From the NCBI GenBank assembly GCA_039586365.1, contig JBDHKN010000025.1:1-48582 (forward strand): DNA of 48,582 nucleotides. Direction: 5' to 3'. This document shows positions 1-10,208 of this stretch, in pieces. How positions within the stretch are numbered: position 1 is the stretch's first letter; each line of letters begins with the position of its first letter. Origin of the DNA: Gemmatimonadota bacterium. GTDB taxonomy: Bacteria > Gemmatimonadota > Gemmatimonadetes > Gemmatimonadales > GWC2-71-9. Made by a program: the position numbers and the translations under genes. The notes beneath the pieces are model-generated. The model was not told the DNA's origin, searched no databases, and was given only the letters and a program-made list of their open reading frames with translations.

Positions 1-402
1 TACGGTTACCCTGATTCGATCGCGGCATACTTCAGCCAGGCGCCCGTGTTTCAAGTCGACACGAGCGATGGTGGCAACAGGAATCCTGACTGGTTGAGGG
101 ACGAGCTGAGGGAGAAGGAGATTCCCAGGGTGGTTCTCAGCTTTGCCAAGAAGGACGTCTTATTGAGTGGCATGTTGCAGGGTGAGAGTGAGATCGCTGG
201 CACACCTGCCATAGTCGATGCTCCGGTCGGGAACGGTCACGTCGTGCTGTTTGCGATTCATCCCTTCTGGCGTATGGAGACATTCGGCAGTCACGCCTTT
301 GTGTACAATACGATGCTCCACTGGAACGATCTGCGCGTAGGCTGGCCGAAGCGGTCGCAAGGTGAGGTGACGAGCGCCTCAGGCTACGAGGACGGTAGAT
401 GA
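1..402 (+). CDS. C-terminal fragment of M14-family zinc carboxypeptidase-like protein (5' truncated by window)
   Basis: Frame is open from base 1 (YGYPDSIAAYFSQAPVF...SGMLQGE...VDAPVGNGHVVLF). It aligns by eye with the C-terminus of the M14 protein at 36578-39382 (YGMDDRAIVTFSRSPVF...SGWAWGE...VEADVGDGMLYMF). Confidence 0.75.
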   Translation, partial: YGYPDSIAAYFSQAPVFQVDTSDGGNRNPDWLRDELREKEIPRVVLSFAKKDVLLSGMLQGESEIAGTPAIVDAPVGNGHVVLFAIHPFWRMETFGSHAFVYNTMLHWNDLRVGWPKRSQGEVTSASGYEDGR

Positions 403-440
403 GCGGATAGCTGCGCGCCAACAGCAGGATCACAAAACAT

Positions 441-479
441 ATGGGGCCGTTGGCTGCTGACTGCAATCAATGGCCCCAT
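441..479. terminator. Stem-loop between convergent genes, likely terminator
   Basis: ATGGGGCCGTTG...CAATGGCCCCAT inverted repeat; on the minus strand it is followed by ATGTTTTG. Confidence 0.55.
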
Positions 480-519
480 CTCGTCCGCCCGCTCCAGTGC
501 TGCTCCGGTGGTAGTCTTC

Positions 520-2088
520 CTATCTCGATGCCCCCGCCGCGCGCAGTTGAGTCAGTTCTGTTGGTTGCACCGATTTGAGATAAGCGTTGGGATCGTGGTG
601 CAGGGCGCCCTTTGGCAACCAATCCCACATTGGGCCCAGGTCGTTCTTTATCTTTTCCACGAAGAACCGCGGCAATTCGGCCGTTTCTCGCTCAAAGTAA
701 CGGCGGAACGGCCAATCGCTGTCGAGTCTCCGCCGGACCTCGGTGTAATACTTGATCCTGCCGAAGCCCTCCGACGATATCGCCCGCACCAGGTTCATCC
801 AGCGAGGGATCCTGGACTTGATCGCTCTATGTCTCCTGAAGATCGTGCGCCAGGAGAACGAGTACTTGCTCACGTCTATCACGCGATCGTAGAACTCCGA
901 CCAGGAATAGTGTCGGGGCTGCACGTTCATCGCGTGGTTGTTGTTCAGCAGGTGGAACGGGAACGGCAGAATACGATTGGCGCGCTGAAACTCGAGATTC
1001 AGTGGTGCCGCTTGGCCGAAACCAGACAGTAACGAATATGCGGGAAACGCACCGGGTGCCTGATCGAGGAACCGCTTTGTCAGTTCGAACGGCTCCGGTC
1101 CTCGATCGGTGTCAAGCCCAAGGACGAAGTTTACTTGTACGTACGGGATGTACCTAAGCACCATATTGATGTGTTCCGATACTTGCCGAACCTTGTCGAT
1201 CCCAAAGATGCTCACTGATTTGGACTTGTTCCCCAACTCATACCAGGACTCCACTCCCGGGAGTAGGGCCTTGAAACCGTTACGCCGGAGAACCTCGAGC
1301 CGTTGCTCCGAGAGCAAGGACAGACTGCTCTCTGCTATGAAATCGATTCTGTCTGGGGGCACCGCCTCCTCGATCGCATCCATGAAGTCGTTGAAGCGGA
1401 CCCCGAAGTTGGGATCGTGCCAGGCTACTCGCGGGCGTCGGAGTTTTGCCAGTAGAAATCGGAGATCCTCTCTGATTACCTCGTAGTCGAGGGGCTGGAA
1501 CGGTACCTCCGAATCAATGCAGAAACTGCAACTATACGGGCACCCAGTGCTGCCCAACATCGGGACAATCTTGATGAGAGGGGCCTTCTCCAGCGTAGGT
1601 TCCACGAACTTCCAGCGCTCACGGACTCCCGGCAAGTGAGTTGGATGAGCCTTGGCGGAGAGGTAGACGCCGTTCGGAACGTTTTGGGCGGGATCTACCA
1701 GGATATCTTGGATGAGGTTCCTGTCGGTGAATCCCAGAACGTAGTCGAAGTACTGCTGTGCATCTTGCGGATAGCACCGGGCGTGCGGTCCTCCCAGAAC
1801 CGTGACTGCCCCTTTTGCTCGAAACCGGTTACTCAGGGCATAGGCAAGCTGGGCTGCCTGGGTGAACGCTCCGATGAACACTACATCAACTCTGTCTGGT
1901 AGCTCGGCGGCCAGATCCTCGAGACCGGTGTAGCAGACGAGAGTGACTTCGTGCCCCTCTTGCTCGCACCATGTAGCGATGACCTGAGGCATGATGCTCG
2001 CGAGGTTGGCGTGCATTACACGGGCGTAAAGGGCTCGGGTTGGTGCTTTTGTGACGAGGTCGATGACACCGATGCGTAGCTTTGGCAA
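520..2088 (-). CDS. B12-binding domain radical SAM protein
   Basis: CxxxCxxC motif (GCPYSCSFC) and an N-terminal cobalamin-binding-like region (VFIGAFT...VLGGPHA). The likely start is TTG at 2088 after GGAG, not the ORF-track start at 2211. Confidence 0.85.
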   Translation of the reverse strand: MPKLRIGVIDLVTKAPTRALYARVMHANLASIMPQVIATWCEQEGHEVTLVCYTGLEDLAAELPDRVDVVFIGAFTQAAQLAYALSNRFRAKGAVTVLGGPHARCYPQDAQQYFDYVLGFTDRNLIQDILVDPAQNVPNGVYLSAKAHPTHLPGVRERWKFVEPTLEKAPLIKIVPMLGSTGCPYSCSFCIDSEVPFQPLDYEVIREDLRFLLAKLRRPRVAWHDPNFGVRFNDFMDAIEEAVPPDRIDFIAESSLSLLSEQRLEVLRRNGFKALLPGVESWYELGNKSKSVSIFGIDKVRQVSEHINMVLRYIPYVQVNFVLGLDTDRGPEPFELTKRFLDQAPGAFPAYSLLSGFGQAAPLNLEFQRANRILPFPFHLLNNNHAMNVQPRHYSWSEFYDRVIDVSKYSFSWRTIFRRHRAIKSRIPRWMNLVRAISSEGFGRIKYYTEVRRRLDSDWPFRRYFERETAELPRFFVEKIKNDLGPMWDWLPKGALHHDPNAYLKSVQPTELTQLRAAGASR

Positions 2089-2216
2089 ATGAGTCTCCGG
2101 CCGGGCGAGAGAAGTTACAGAAGATCTACCACGGACCCCAATCGCGCAAGTGTGTGCATGTCTACCGTCGCTGTCCCCGACCGGTAGATTAACCGGACCC
2201 CAATATCGCAAGGACC

Positions 2217-4052
2217 ATGACGTACAAGCCCATCGAAGACTACGGTATCATCGGAAACATGCACACTACAGCACTGGTGGGCGTGGACGGCTCGATCGAC
2301 TGGTACTGCCATCCTCATTTCGATTCTCCCAGTGTGTTTGGGGCGATCCTGGATCACGACAAGGGTGGTCACTTTCGAATCGGCCCAGTGCGACCCGACG
2401 CAACCCAAAGACAGTTCTATTGGCCTGACACCAATGTCTTGGTGACGCGCTTTCTCACGGTGGACGGTGTGGGACAGGTAGTTGACTACATGCCAGTCGG
2501 TGTGGGGGCGGATGAATCCGGGCACCACTGGCTGATAAGAAAGGTGCAGGTGGTTCGGGGTACCATGAGATTCCGCGCGGAGTGCCGCCCCGCGTTCGAC
2601 TACGCTCGTCAGGAACATGAGACTGTTCTCTCCGAGGAGGGAGCATGTTTTCACGGGCCTGAGTTGAGTTTGAGTCTGGTGTCGCGACTGCCGCTGCAGG
2701 TTGCCGGTAACGCAGCGGTGGCTGAGTTCACAGTGGAGGAGGGTCAGACCGCCATCCTCGCGCTCAGGGAGATCGAGGGGCGCGGTGCGCGTGGGGTGAT
2801 CCTTTCAGAAGCGGAAGAGTTCGATTTGTTCGAGAGAACGGTGCGGTACTGGCGCCATTGGCTCTCCAACTGCACCTACCAGGGTCGCTGGCGTGAGGCG
2901 GTGCAGCGGTCCGCATTGGCGCTCAAACTCCTCACCTTCGAACCCACCGGTGCCATCGTAGCGGCACCGACTTGCAGTCTGCCCGAGCAAGTGGGCGGGG
3001 AGAGGAACTGGGACTATCGCTACGCGTGGATTCGGGATGCTGCCTTCACTCTCTATGGATTCTTCCGAATCGGGTTCACCGATGAAGCCGCTAACTTCAT
3101 GCGGTTCCTTAAGCGGATCACTCAAGACCGGGATCCAGACCACCTGCTCCGCGTCATGTACAGCGTCGACGGTCACAGCAAGCTACACGAGGAGACCCTC
3201 AGTCATCTGGAGGGTTACCGGGGGTCGCAGCCGGTGCGGATCGGAAATGGGGCCCACGACCAATTGCAGCTCGATATCTACGGTGAGTTGATGGACTCGG
3301 TCTATCTGGACAACAAATACCGCACGCCAATCGCCTACGATCTATGGATCAAGCTGCGGGAAATGGTCGACTGGGTCTGCGACAACTGGAAGCGTAAGGA
3401 CGAGGGGATTTGGGAAGTGCGGGGTGGACGACAGCACTTCGTGTACTCCAAACTCATGTGTTGGGTTGCGGTCGATCGGGGACTCCGGCTGGCCATGAAG
3501 CGGTCCTTCCCCTGCAATCGTGACAAGTGGTACGCCACGCGCGACGAGATCTTTGAGGAGATAATCTCTCGCGGTTGGAGCGAGAATCGTGAGGCGTTTG
3601 TGCAGTACTTTGGGAGCGACGCGCTCGATGCGTCAAACCTCATGATGCCCCTGGTCTTCTATCTTTCGCCGAGCGACCCTCGGGTGCTCAAGACCATCGA
3701 CGCCATCTGCGATCCGCCGTCCCGCGGAGGGTTGTTGTCGAACAGTCTGGTCTACCGGTACAACGCCAGTGCCGGTGTGGACGGCCTGTCGGGTGACGAG
3801 GGTACGTTCAACATGTGCACGTTCTGGCTAGTTGAAGCCATCACCAGGGCTGGTGGGGTTGAGCCCAAACGACTCGACCAGGCGCGGCTCATGTTTGAAG
3901 AAATGCTGGGCTACGCCAACCATGTTGGGCTGTATGCAGAGGAGACTGGCAGTAGTGGGGAGGCCTTGGGCAATTTCCCGCAGGCATTTACACACCTATC
4001 GTTGATCAGTGCTGCGTTCAACCTCGATCGGGCGCTCGGAGGGGGCGACTAG
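2217..4052 (+). CDS. Glycoside hydrolase family 15 (trehalase/glucoamylase-like)
   Basis: [61 protein letters not shown] motifs; AAGGA SD. Confidence 0.95.
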   Translation: MTYKPIEDYGIIGNMHTTALVGVDGSIDWYCHPHFDSPSVFGAILDHDKGGHFRIGPVRPDATQRQFYWPDTNVLVTRFLTVDGVGQVVDYMPVGVGADESGHHWLIRKVQVVRGTMRFRAECRPAFDYARQEHETVLSEEGACFHGPELSLSLVSRLPLQVAGNAAVAEFTVEEGQTAILALREIEGRGARGVILSEAEEFDLFERTVRYWRHWLSNCTYQGRWREAVQRSALALKLLTFEPTGAIVAAPTCSLPEQVGGERNWDYRYAWIRDAAFTLYGFFRIGFTDEAANFMRFLKRITQDRDPDHLLRVMYSVDGHSKLHEETLSHLEGYRGSQPVRIGNGAHDQLQLDIYGELMDSVYLDNKYRTPIAYDLWIKLREMVDWVCDNWKRKDEGIWEVRGGRQHFVYSKLMCWVAVDRGLRLAMKRSFPCNRDKWYATRDEIFEEIISRGWSENREAFVQYFGSDALDASNLMMPLVFYLSPSDPRVLKTIDAICDPPSRGGLLSNSLVYRYNASAGVDGLSGDEGTFNMCTFWLVEAITRAGGVEPKRLDQARLMFEEMLGYANHVGLYAEETGSSGEALGNFPQAFTHLSLISAAFNLDRALGGGD

Positions 4053-4065
4053 GCCAAGTCTTCAT

Positions 4066-4803
4066 TCACCGGCTGCTCTCTCCTGCAGCTGCACTGTCAA
4101 CGAGCCAAAGCAGACTGCCTCTGGTGGGATTGACGAGTGCTGCTGGCAGGAGCCCGGTTTCCTGTCCTCCTATGGTGGCTCTCACTCTGGCCAGCGCCGG
4201 CGCCTTAGACCGACCTTGCACCATGAAGATCACATTCCCGGCTGCATTGATTGACTTTAGGGTGAGGGTAACCCGCTGGTGCGGTGGCAGCGGGCTCTCG
4301 GTAGGCACCACGTATCGCTCACCACCAGTCAGGTAGGGTGTGTCGGGGAAAAGTGAAGCCGTGTGTCCGTCTGCTCCCATACCGAGCAGAATGAGATCGA
4401 ACTTCGGCCCGCTGCCTTGGAAGAACGCCGCAATCTGCTCCGTGTAAAGCGTGGCAGCCTCTTCAGGAGGCAACTCGCCGCGCATACGGTGAACCGAATT
4501 CGGAGCGACCGGCACTCGGGAAATCAGTGTTTCACGAACCATGCTGTAGTTGCTAGCGGGATCATCGGGTGGGACACAACGTTCATCGCTCCAGAACAGG
4601 CTCACGCGCGACCAGTCAATTAGTGAACGGTAGCTGTCGCTGGCCAACAGAGAGTACAGCTCACGCGGTGTGTTCCCACCGGCCAATACAACGCTACAAT
4701 CGTTGCGCTCGGCGACGATCTTCCTGACGCTCCTGACCACCTCGCCCGCAGCCGCCCGGGCTATGGCACCTTCGTCAACTACCCGCCAGGTGGGTGCTGT
4801 CAT
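4066..4803 (-). CDS. pgl: 6-phosphogluconolactonase
   Basis: LAGGNTP, DERCVPPDDPASNY, LGMGADGHTASLFP, RVTLT; lies downstream of zwf. Confidence 0.95.
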   Translation of the reverse strand: MTAPTWRVVDEGAIARAAAGEVVRSVRKIVAERNDCSVVLAGGNTPRELYSLLASDSYRSLIDWSRVSLFWSDERCVPPDDPASNYSMVRETLISRVPVAPNSVHRMRGELPPEEAATLYTEQIAAFFQGSGPKFDLILLGMGADGHTASLFPDTPYLTGGERYVVPTESPLPPHQRVTLTLKSINAAGNVIFMVQGRSKAPALARVRATIGGQETGLLPAALVNPTRGSLLWLVDSAAAGESSR

Positions 4804-6277
4804 GGAAATCGGCGATGTTCAGAGCATTGAGCCACGTGTGACCGTGGCTGGCTAGAAGGTCTTCAGCCGGTTGCGGTCCCCAGCTGCCGGACTGGTACGT
4901 GTGCACGTCGACCTGTCCGTCAATCAACGGGGCGTAGAGTTCCCATGAAGCTTCGGTCTCGAGATTGTGAACGAAGAGGGTTTGATCTCCCGTCAGTACG
5001 TCTAGCAGGAGCGTTTGGTAGGCGTCAGGAATCGGCTCGAAGGCCTCTTTGTAAAGAAAGTGCAGCGGAATCGACTCCAATTCAAATGGTTCGCCGGGGA
5101 TCTTGACGTCAACACAGAGATGGAATCCTTCATCCGGTTGCAGTGTCAGGACCAGTACATTGGAGCGAGTCTCACGGACACCGACAGATTCGAACAAGCA
5201 CACCGGCGGTCGGCGGAAGGAAACGGCAATCTGAGTGAGCCTTTGAGCCATCCGCTTGCCGCTCCGGATGTAGAAAGGGACCCCCTGCCAACGCCACGTG
5301 TCGATTTCGAGTTTCACGGCGGCGAACGTCTCCGTGCGGGTGCCTGGGGGCACGCCGGTTTCCTCGCGGTACCCCGGTACCGGTTGATCGCCGATCTTTC
5401 CTGCAACATACTGACCGAATACGACGTCCTCGGGACGGATGGGCGCCACCGCTTGAAGTAGCTTGACCTTTTCGTATCTCACCGCCTCGGCACTGAACTC
5501 CCGCGGAACCTCCATCGCCACAAGCGACAATAGCTGTGTCGCGTGGTTCTGAACCATGTCCCGTAGGGCACCCGCCTGGTCGTAGTAGCCGGTGCGTTCT
5601 TCCACGCCGAGGCTCTCGGCCACGGTGATTTGAACGTTGGCGATCCGGTCACGATTCCATAGAGATTCGAAGATCGAGTTGGCAAAGCGAAATACCAGGA
5701 GATTCTGAACCGTCTCTTTCCCGAGGTAGTGATCGATACGGTAGATCTGAGACTCGTCGAAGAAGCGGTGCGCCAGACCATTCAACTCGCGAGCACTGGC
5801 GAGATCGTGTCCGAAGGGCTTCTCGATCACCAGTCGGGTCCAGCCGTCGCTGCTATGCAGTGCCGCCGTGCCCAGGCCGGTGATGGTTGGTGGGAATGCT
5901 GCGGGTGGTAACGCGAGGTAGAAGGTACGGTTGCCCGCCAAAGACCTTAGGTTGTCGATTTCATCGATCCGACTGGCGAGTCGTCTGTAATCGTCAACTT
6001 TGCCGTCACCGAGACGCTGGTAGTACAAGCAACTGTCGCACCACTGGCCGACATCCTTCTCGCTCAAGCCTCCATCTATGAGTGCTTGTCGCGCCCAGGC
6101 CCTGAAAGACTCGTCGTCGTACTCGCCGCGTCGGGAAACTCCGAGCAAGGCGTGGCGTTCACCCAGCAGGCCACGCTTTTGGAGCTGGCCGAGTGCTGGC
6201 AGCAGCTTGCGTTGCATCAGGTCTCCGGTCCCACCGAACACGACGAACAGGTGTGGGTCCACCTGCGACAACGACAC
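4775..6277 (-). CDS. zwf: Glucose-6-phosphate 1-dehydrogenase
   Basis: GGTGDL, EKPFG, RIDHYLGKE, DMVQNH, RWQGVPF motifs. Confidence 0.97.
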   Translation of the reverse strand: MSLSQVDPHLFVVFGGTGDLMQRKLLPALGQLQKRGLLGERHALLGVSRRGEYDDESFRAWARQALIDGGLSEKDVGQWCDSCLYYQRLGDGKVDDYRRLASRIDEIDNLRSLAGNRTFYLALPPAAFPPTITGLGTAALHSSDGWTRLVIEKPFGHDLASARELNGLAHRFFDESQIYRIDHYLGKETVQNLLVFRFANSIFESLWNRDRIANVQITVAESLGVEERTGYYDQAGALRDMVQNHATQLLSLVAMEVPREFSAEAVRYEKVKLLQAVAPIRPEDVVFGQYVAGKIGDQPVPGYREETGVPPGTRTETFAAVKLEIDTWRWQGVPFYIRSGKRMAQRLTQIAVSFRRPPVCLFESVGVRETRSNVLVLTLQPDEGFHLCVDVKIPGEPFELESIPLHFLYKEAFEPIPDAYQTLLLDVLTGDQTLFVHNLETEASWELYAPLIDGQVDVHTYQSGSWGPQPAEDLLASHGHTWLNALNIADFHDSTHLAGS

Positions 6278-7200
6278 TAGTCCCCCCGCTTCACGGCGTG
6301 GCCGCCGAACTGGTTTCTCATGGCGGCGAGCAGCCGATCGGCGTAAGACTCGTCGTCCCGTGAACGCAGCCGCTGAATCAGCGACAGGGCAGCCACGGGA
6401 GCCGGGACGTTCAGATCTATCGACTCGATGACCGTCCAGCGTCCTTCACCGGAGTCTTGCACGTAGGGAACGATGTCCTGCAGAGATTCAGGGTCCGCAA
6501 GCACTCTTGTCGTGAGGTCGAGCAGCCACGAACGCACCACGCTCCCGAACCGCCAGATCTCGGCAACTTGGTGGAGATCAAGCCCAAACTCGGTCTTGTG
6601 TTTGAGGATCGAAAAGCCTTCGGCATATGCTTGCATCATGCCATATTCGATCCCGTTGTGGATCATCTTCACGAAATGCCCCGCGCCGGTAGGTCCTACC
6701 CGCCCCCACCCGATCTTGGGACCGGGAGCCAACACCTTGAAGATCGGTGCCAAGTGTTCCACCGTTTCTTCGGGGCCACCGATCATGAGCGAATACCCCT
6801 CGGCGAGTCCCCACACGCCCCCGCTGGTGCCTACATCCATCAGATGGATTTTCCGTTCACCAAGTAGGGCTGCGCGACGAAGTGTGTCCCTGTAGTAGGA
6901 GTTGCCACCATCGAGAACCATGTCGCCCGCTGCCAGTTCTGGGAGCAGGCTTTCGATGGTCCGGTCCACCGGCTCGCCGGCAGGTACCATGAGCCATATG
7001 GCACGTGGCGGGCTCAGTCGACCGACCAGGGCTTTTACCGAGTCAGCGCCAATGGCCCCTTTGTTGACCATCCGATCGATTGCGTCGCGGTTGCTGTCAT
7101 ACACGACTAGTCGGTGGCTGCCCAGCAACAGGCGCTCGGTCATGTTAGCGCCCATCCGTCCCAAACCGATCATTCCGAGTTCCATCCGCTTCACTTTCAT
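6277..7200 (-). CDS. gnd: 6-phosphogluconate dehydrogenase, decarboxylating (short YqeC-like type)
   Basis: GLGRMG, DGGNS, DVGTSGGVWG, GHFVKMIHNGIEY, AMRNQFGGH; about 300 aa. Confidence 0.95.
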   Translation of the reverse strand: MKVKRMELGMIGLGRMGANMTERLLLGSHRLVVYDSNRDAIDRMVNKGAIGADSVKALVGRLSPPRAIWLMVPAGEPVDRTIESLLPELAAGDMVLDGGNSYYRDTLRRAALLGERKIHLMDVGTSGGVWGLAEGYSLMIGGPEETVEHLAPIFKVLAPGPKIGWGRVGPTGAGHFVKMIHNGIEYGMMQAYAEGFSILKHKTEFGLDLHQVAEIWRFGSVVRSWLLDLTTRVLADPESLQDIVPYVQDSGEGRWTVIESIDLNVPAPVAALSLIQRLRSRDDESYADRLLAAMRNQFGGHAVKRGD

Positions 7201-8876
7201 CCAAGAGCCTCCAGAAGCCGTGTTAGTCCAGCCGCAGCGTCCTCGCCCAGGTCCACTCGCAGGATGCGGCGTCCGCGCTGTTGCAGTGCTTGGTAGTCCC
7301 CCAGAGCCTGGGCTCCTATCAACATTCCAAACGTGTAATCTGTTTCCGGGACCGGGACGTCGTGGGCTGGGCGATCGACCAACTGGAGGAAGAGACCGGT
7401 GTTCGGTCCACCTTTGTGGAGTTGACCGGTCGAGTGAAGAAACCGTGGTCCATACCCGAGTGTGGTGGCCACTCCCAGCCGCTGTCCCAACACCTTCCGG
7501 ACCTCCTGGAGGCGCACAGTGGTTTCTTCGTTGGGAGCAAGGTATGCCTGAAGTGCCAAGTAGTCACCCGGCTCTGCCTGGGCCCATTTTTCCAGTTCCT
7601 CCCCAAGCTGCCTCGGGTCCGCGGTACTGACTGCGTGTTGCCCGCGAGGCTCTGCGGCGTCCGCTGCACCCTCCATTGCGCGCCGGGCGAGGTCCTTCGC
7701 AAGCTGGACATCGGGCTGATCGAAGGGGCGGATACCGAGTACTGCGCCGGCAACGGCGACGGCCATCTCCCAGCGGTACATCTCTTGTCCGAGGTCGAAT
7801 GAGTCCCGCAGATGTATCCGGACGACTGGATGCCCAGCCTGTTCGACGTCCGAGGCGAATCGTTCCACGTCGTCTGAGGCACCCTCAATGGTCAATGCGA
7901 CGAACAAACGATCCTGACTGAACTGGTGACGTGAAAGCCGAGGCTCGGACGCGACCGGCAGGATTCCTCTGCCACCCTTACCCGTACTCTCGGCGAGCAG
8001 CTGTTCAATCCAGTCCGGGAATGATGCGAGCTGCGGAGTAGCGAGGAATGTCACTTTGTCGATGCCCGAGAGTGCGAGGCCACCAAGTGCCGCGCCGAGT
8101 TCGAGGCCAGGGTTCGCGGCTGTCAAATCTGACGAAGCCGACGCTGCCGCGATGGTTCTCGCCCGCTCCAGCAATTGCCTAATATCTATGCCAATCAGCG
8201 CCGCCGGTACCAGACCGAACACCGAGAGGGCTGAGTAGCGCCCGCCAACATCAGGTGGAGCAGGGCAGACATTTCGGAAGCCCCGCTCCGTTGCCAGTTG
8301 CTCCAGTGGAGTCCCGGGGTCGGTTATGGCAATGAAGTGATCACCAGGTTTCTCGTCGACTCGCGCCACTCGGTCCCAGAAGGTGCGAAACAGAGACATG
8401 GTCTCGAGCGTTGTTCCCGATTTGCTCGATACCACGAACAGCGCTGTTGCGGGATCGATCTCCATTGTGGCTGCTGCCACAGCCGCCGGGTGCGTACTGT
8501 CTAAAACCAGCAGTTCGGGATACCCTGCTGCGCTGCCGAACGTCCGTGCAAATACTTCAGGAGCGAGACTGGAACCACCCATCCCGAGGAGGGTTACGTG
8601 GCGATAGCCACGCTGCTTGATCTCGTGCGCGATAGCTACGATACCGTCAACCTGTCCGTACATCACCTCGGGGAGGACCAACCAACCCAGTCGATCGGTC
8701 AATTCGGACACCTGCTCGGCGGACCAAACAGTCCGGTCCTTTTGCCATATCCTCTCGCATACGCGGCCGTCTCTCAATCCCTGGAGAACCTCGTCCACTT
8801 TTTGGTGGTGGGGTCCCAAGCCGAGACGCATGCGAGAATATCCCTCAATTGATGACATGCCGTATTGTGTGGCCAT
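7197..8876 (-). CDS. pgi: Glucose-6-phosphate isomerase (resembles the Pgi half of Tal/Pgi fusions)
   Basis: GMGGSSL, SKSGTTLET, VGGRYS, QLLAESTGK, FDQPDV, GPRFLHSTGQLHKGGP. Confidence 0.9.
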   Translation of the reverse strand: MATQYGMSSIEGYSRMRLGLGPHHQKVDEVLQGLRDGRVCERIWQKDRTVWSAEQVSELTDRLGWLVLPEVMYGQVDGIVAIAHEIKQRGYRHVTLLGMGGSSLAPEVFARTFGSAAGYPELLVLDSTHPAAVAAATMEIDPATALFVVSSKSGTTLETMSLFRTFWDRVARVDEKPGDHFIAITDPGTPLEQLATERGFRNVCPAPPDVGGRYSALSVFGLVPAALIGIDIRQLLERARTIAAASASSDLTAANPGLELGAALGGLALSGIDKVTFLATPQLASFPDWIEQLLAESTGKGGRGILPVASEPRLSRHQFSQDRLFVALTIEGASDDVERFASDVEQAGHPVVRIHLRDSFDLGQEMYRWEMAVAVAGAVLGIRPFDQPDVQLAKDLARRAMEGAADAAEPRGQHAVSTADPRQLGEELEKWAQAEPGDYLALQAYLAPNEETTVRLQEVRKVLGQRLGVATTLGYGPRFLHSTGQLHKGGPNTGLFLQLVDRPAHDVPVPETDYTFGMLIGAQALGDYQALQQRGRRILRVDLGEDAAAGLTRLLEALG

Positions 8877-9146
8877 GTTGACAGTATCTCCGGTTCTTCA
8901 TGCTACTGGTGGTGTCGCAGGTGGAGTCACCAGCGGTTACCCTTCAGCCCCTCACCAGAACAAGTAGATCTGACGGACGACCGACTGCAAGTGGACGGAG
9001 CAAACCGAAGGGCCGCCACCATCAAGGCGTCACCTCAGAAACCGGACTACCTGGAACCGGCGTATCCACCTCAATAGATTCTTTCCGCAACCGGGACCAA
9101 TCTACACTCGCAAGTCCCGATCGAACTGGTGAATCGGAGAACCTCC

Positions 9147-9650
9147 ATGCCCAAAAAAGCAGTCCAGACCGCACTCAACGCTCAGATCCAGATGGAGCTC
9201 GAGTCTGCCTACGTCTACCTGGCAATGGCAGCTTTCCTAGAGGAGCAAAATCTCCCGGGATTCGGCCATTGGATGCGGATGCAATTCCAGGAGGAAATGG
9301 CCCATGCGATGAAGATCTTCGATTACGTGCTCGACAGCGGCGGCCACGTCGAGCTCAAGGCAATCGGACAGCCGCCTGCCACCTTCAAGGGTCCCCTCGC
9401 GGTAATGAAGCAGGCGTTGAAGCATGAGCAGAAGGTCACTGCCTCCATCACCAAGCTCTACGAGCTTGCGTTGAAGGAAAAGGACTATCCGGCCCAGGTG
9501 CTGCTACAGTGGTTCATTGCCGAGCAATTGGAGGAAGAGAAGACGGTGGGTGACATTATCGCCCAACTGGACAGGGTTGGCGACAGTGGTGCCGGGTTGG
9601 AGATGATTGACCGTCAGCTCGCAGCGCGGACCGCGGAAGAGCAGGAGTAG
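9147..9650 (+). CDS. ftn: Non-heme ferritin
   Basis: ALNAQIQMELES..YLAMA, EEMAHAMK, HEQKVT, LQWFIAEQLEEE ferroxidase residues; GGAG SD before ATG 9147. Confidence 0.93.
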   Translation: MPKKAVQTALNAQIQMELESAYVYLAMAAFLEEQNLPGFGHWMRMQFQEEMAHAMKIFDYVLDSGGHVELKAIGQPPATFKGPLAVMKQALKHEQKVTASITKLYELALKEKDYPAQVLLQWFIAEQLEEEKTVGDIIAQLDRVGDSGAGLEMIDRQLAARTAEEQE

Positions 9651-9663
9651 AGCTGGTACCATA

Positions 9664-9688
9664 CCTGGCGCCGCCGGTCGGCGCCAGG
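9664..9688. terminator. Perfect 10-bp hairpin between convergent ferritin and CBS genes
   Basis: CCTGGCGCCG-CCGGT-CGGCGCCAGG; no clear U-tract. Confidence 0.55.
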
Positions 9689-9689
9689 C

Positions 9690-10124
9690 TCATCCCGCGG
9701 TAGTGATGTAGTCAGTGAGGTGCTCGATCGTGGTTTCGTGATCTTTGGCCTGATAGGCCAATATGTCACCACTCGTCACGATACCCACGATGCCATTCTC
9801 GTCAATCACCGGAACATGGCGGATTCTCTTGGCGGTCATTATTGCACTACAATCCTCGAGGGAGATGTGCGGCCTGCAGCTCACTACGGGTGCTGTCATC
9901 ACCTCTCGTAATGTTGTGGTCGCCGGGTCACGTTGTTCGGCGACAACTCGACGCATGACATCTCGTTCGGTGAAGATACCGATCATCTCCTCCCCATCGG
10001 TAACGATGACCCCACCGATCCCTTGATTGTTCATGAGGTTCGCGGCATTGAGGACGGAATCGGACGCGACCATGGATACAACGGTCGTGCCCTTGCGGCC
10101 CAAGACGGTCGCAACGGTAGCCAT
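9690..10124 (-). CDS. CBS domain pair protein
   Basis: GIFTERD, VMT, RIRHVPV, GIVTSGD; AAGGAG SD before ATG 10124. Confidence 0.92.
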   Translation of the reverse strand: MATVATVLGRKGTTVVSMVASDSVLNAANLMNNQGIGGVIVTDGEEMIGIFTERDVMRRVVAEQRDPATTTLREVMTAPVVSCRPHISLEDCSAIMTAKRIRHVPVIDENGIVGIVTSGDILAYQAKDHETTIEHLTDYITTAG

Positions 10125-10208
10125 GGTGTACTCCTTAACTTGAGGGCGAACCACCATACTACCTTGGGACTGCTTAAAACGCCAGCAAATATGGAGCCTA
10201 GTTAAGTA

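Noticed and set aside
2089..2211. N-terminal extension of the radical SAM ORF given in the ORF track
   Set aside because: It would fill the divergent promoter region; an SD-backed TTG at 2088 marks the start of the plausible domain.
8877..9146. Possible transaldolase remnant or riboswitch upstream of pgi/ferritin
   Set aside because: No Tal-like translation and no recognisable RNA motif.
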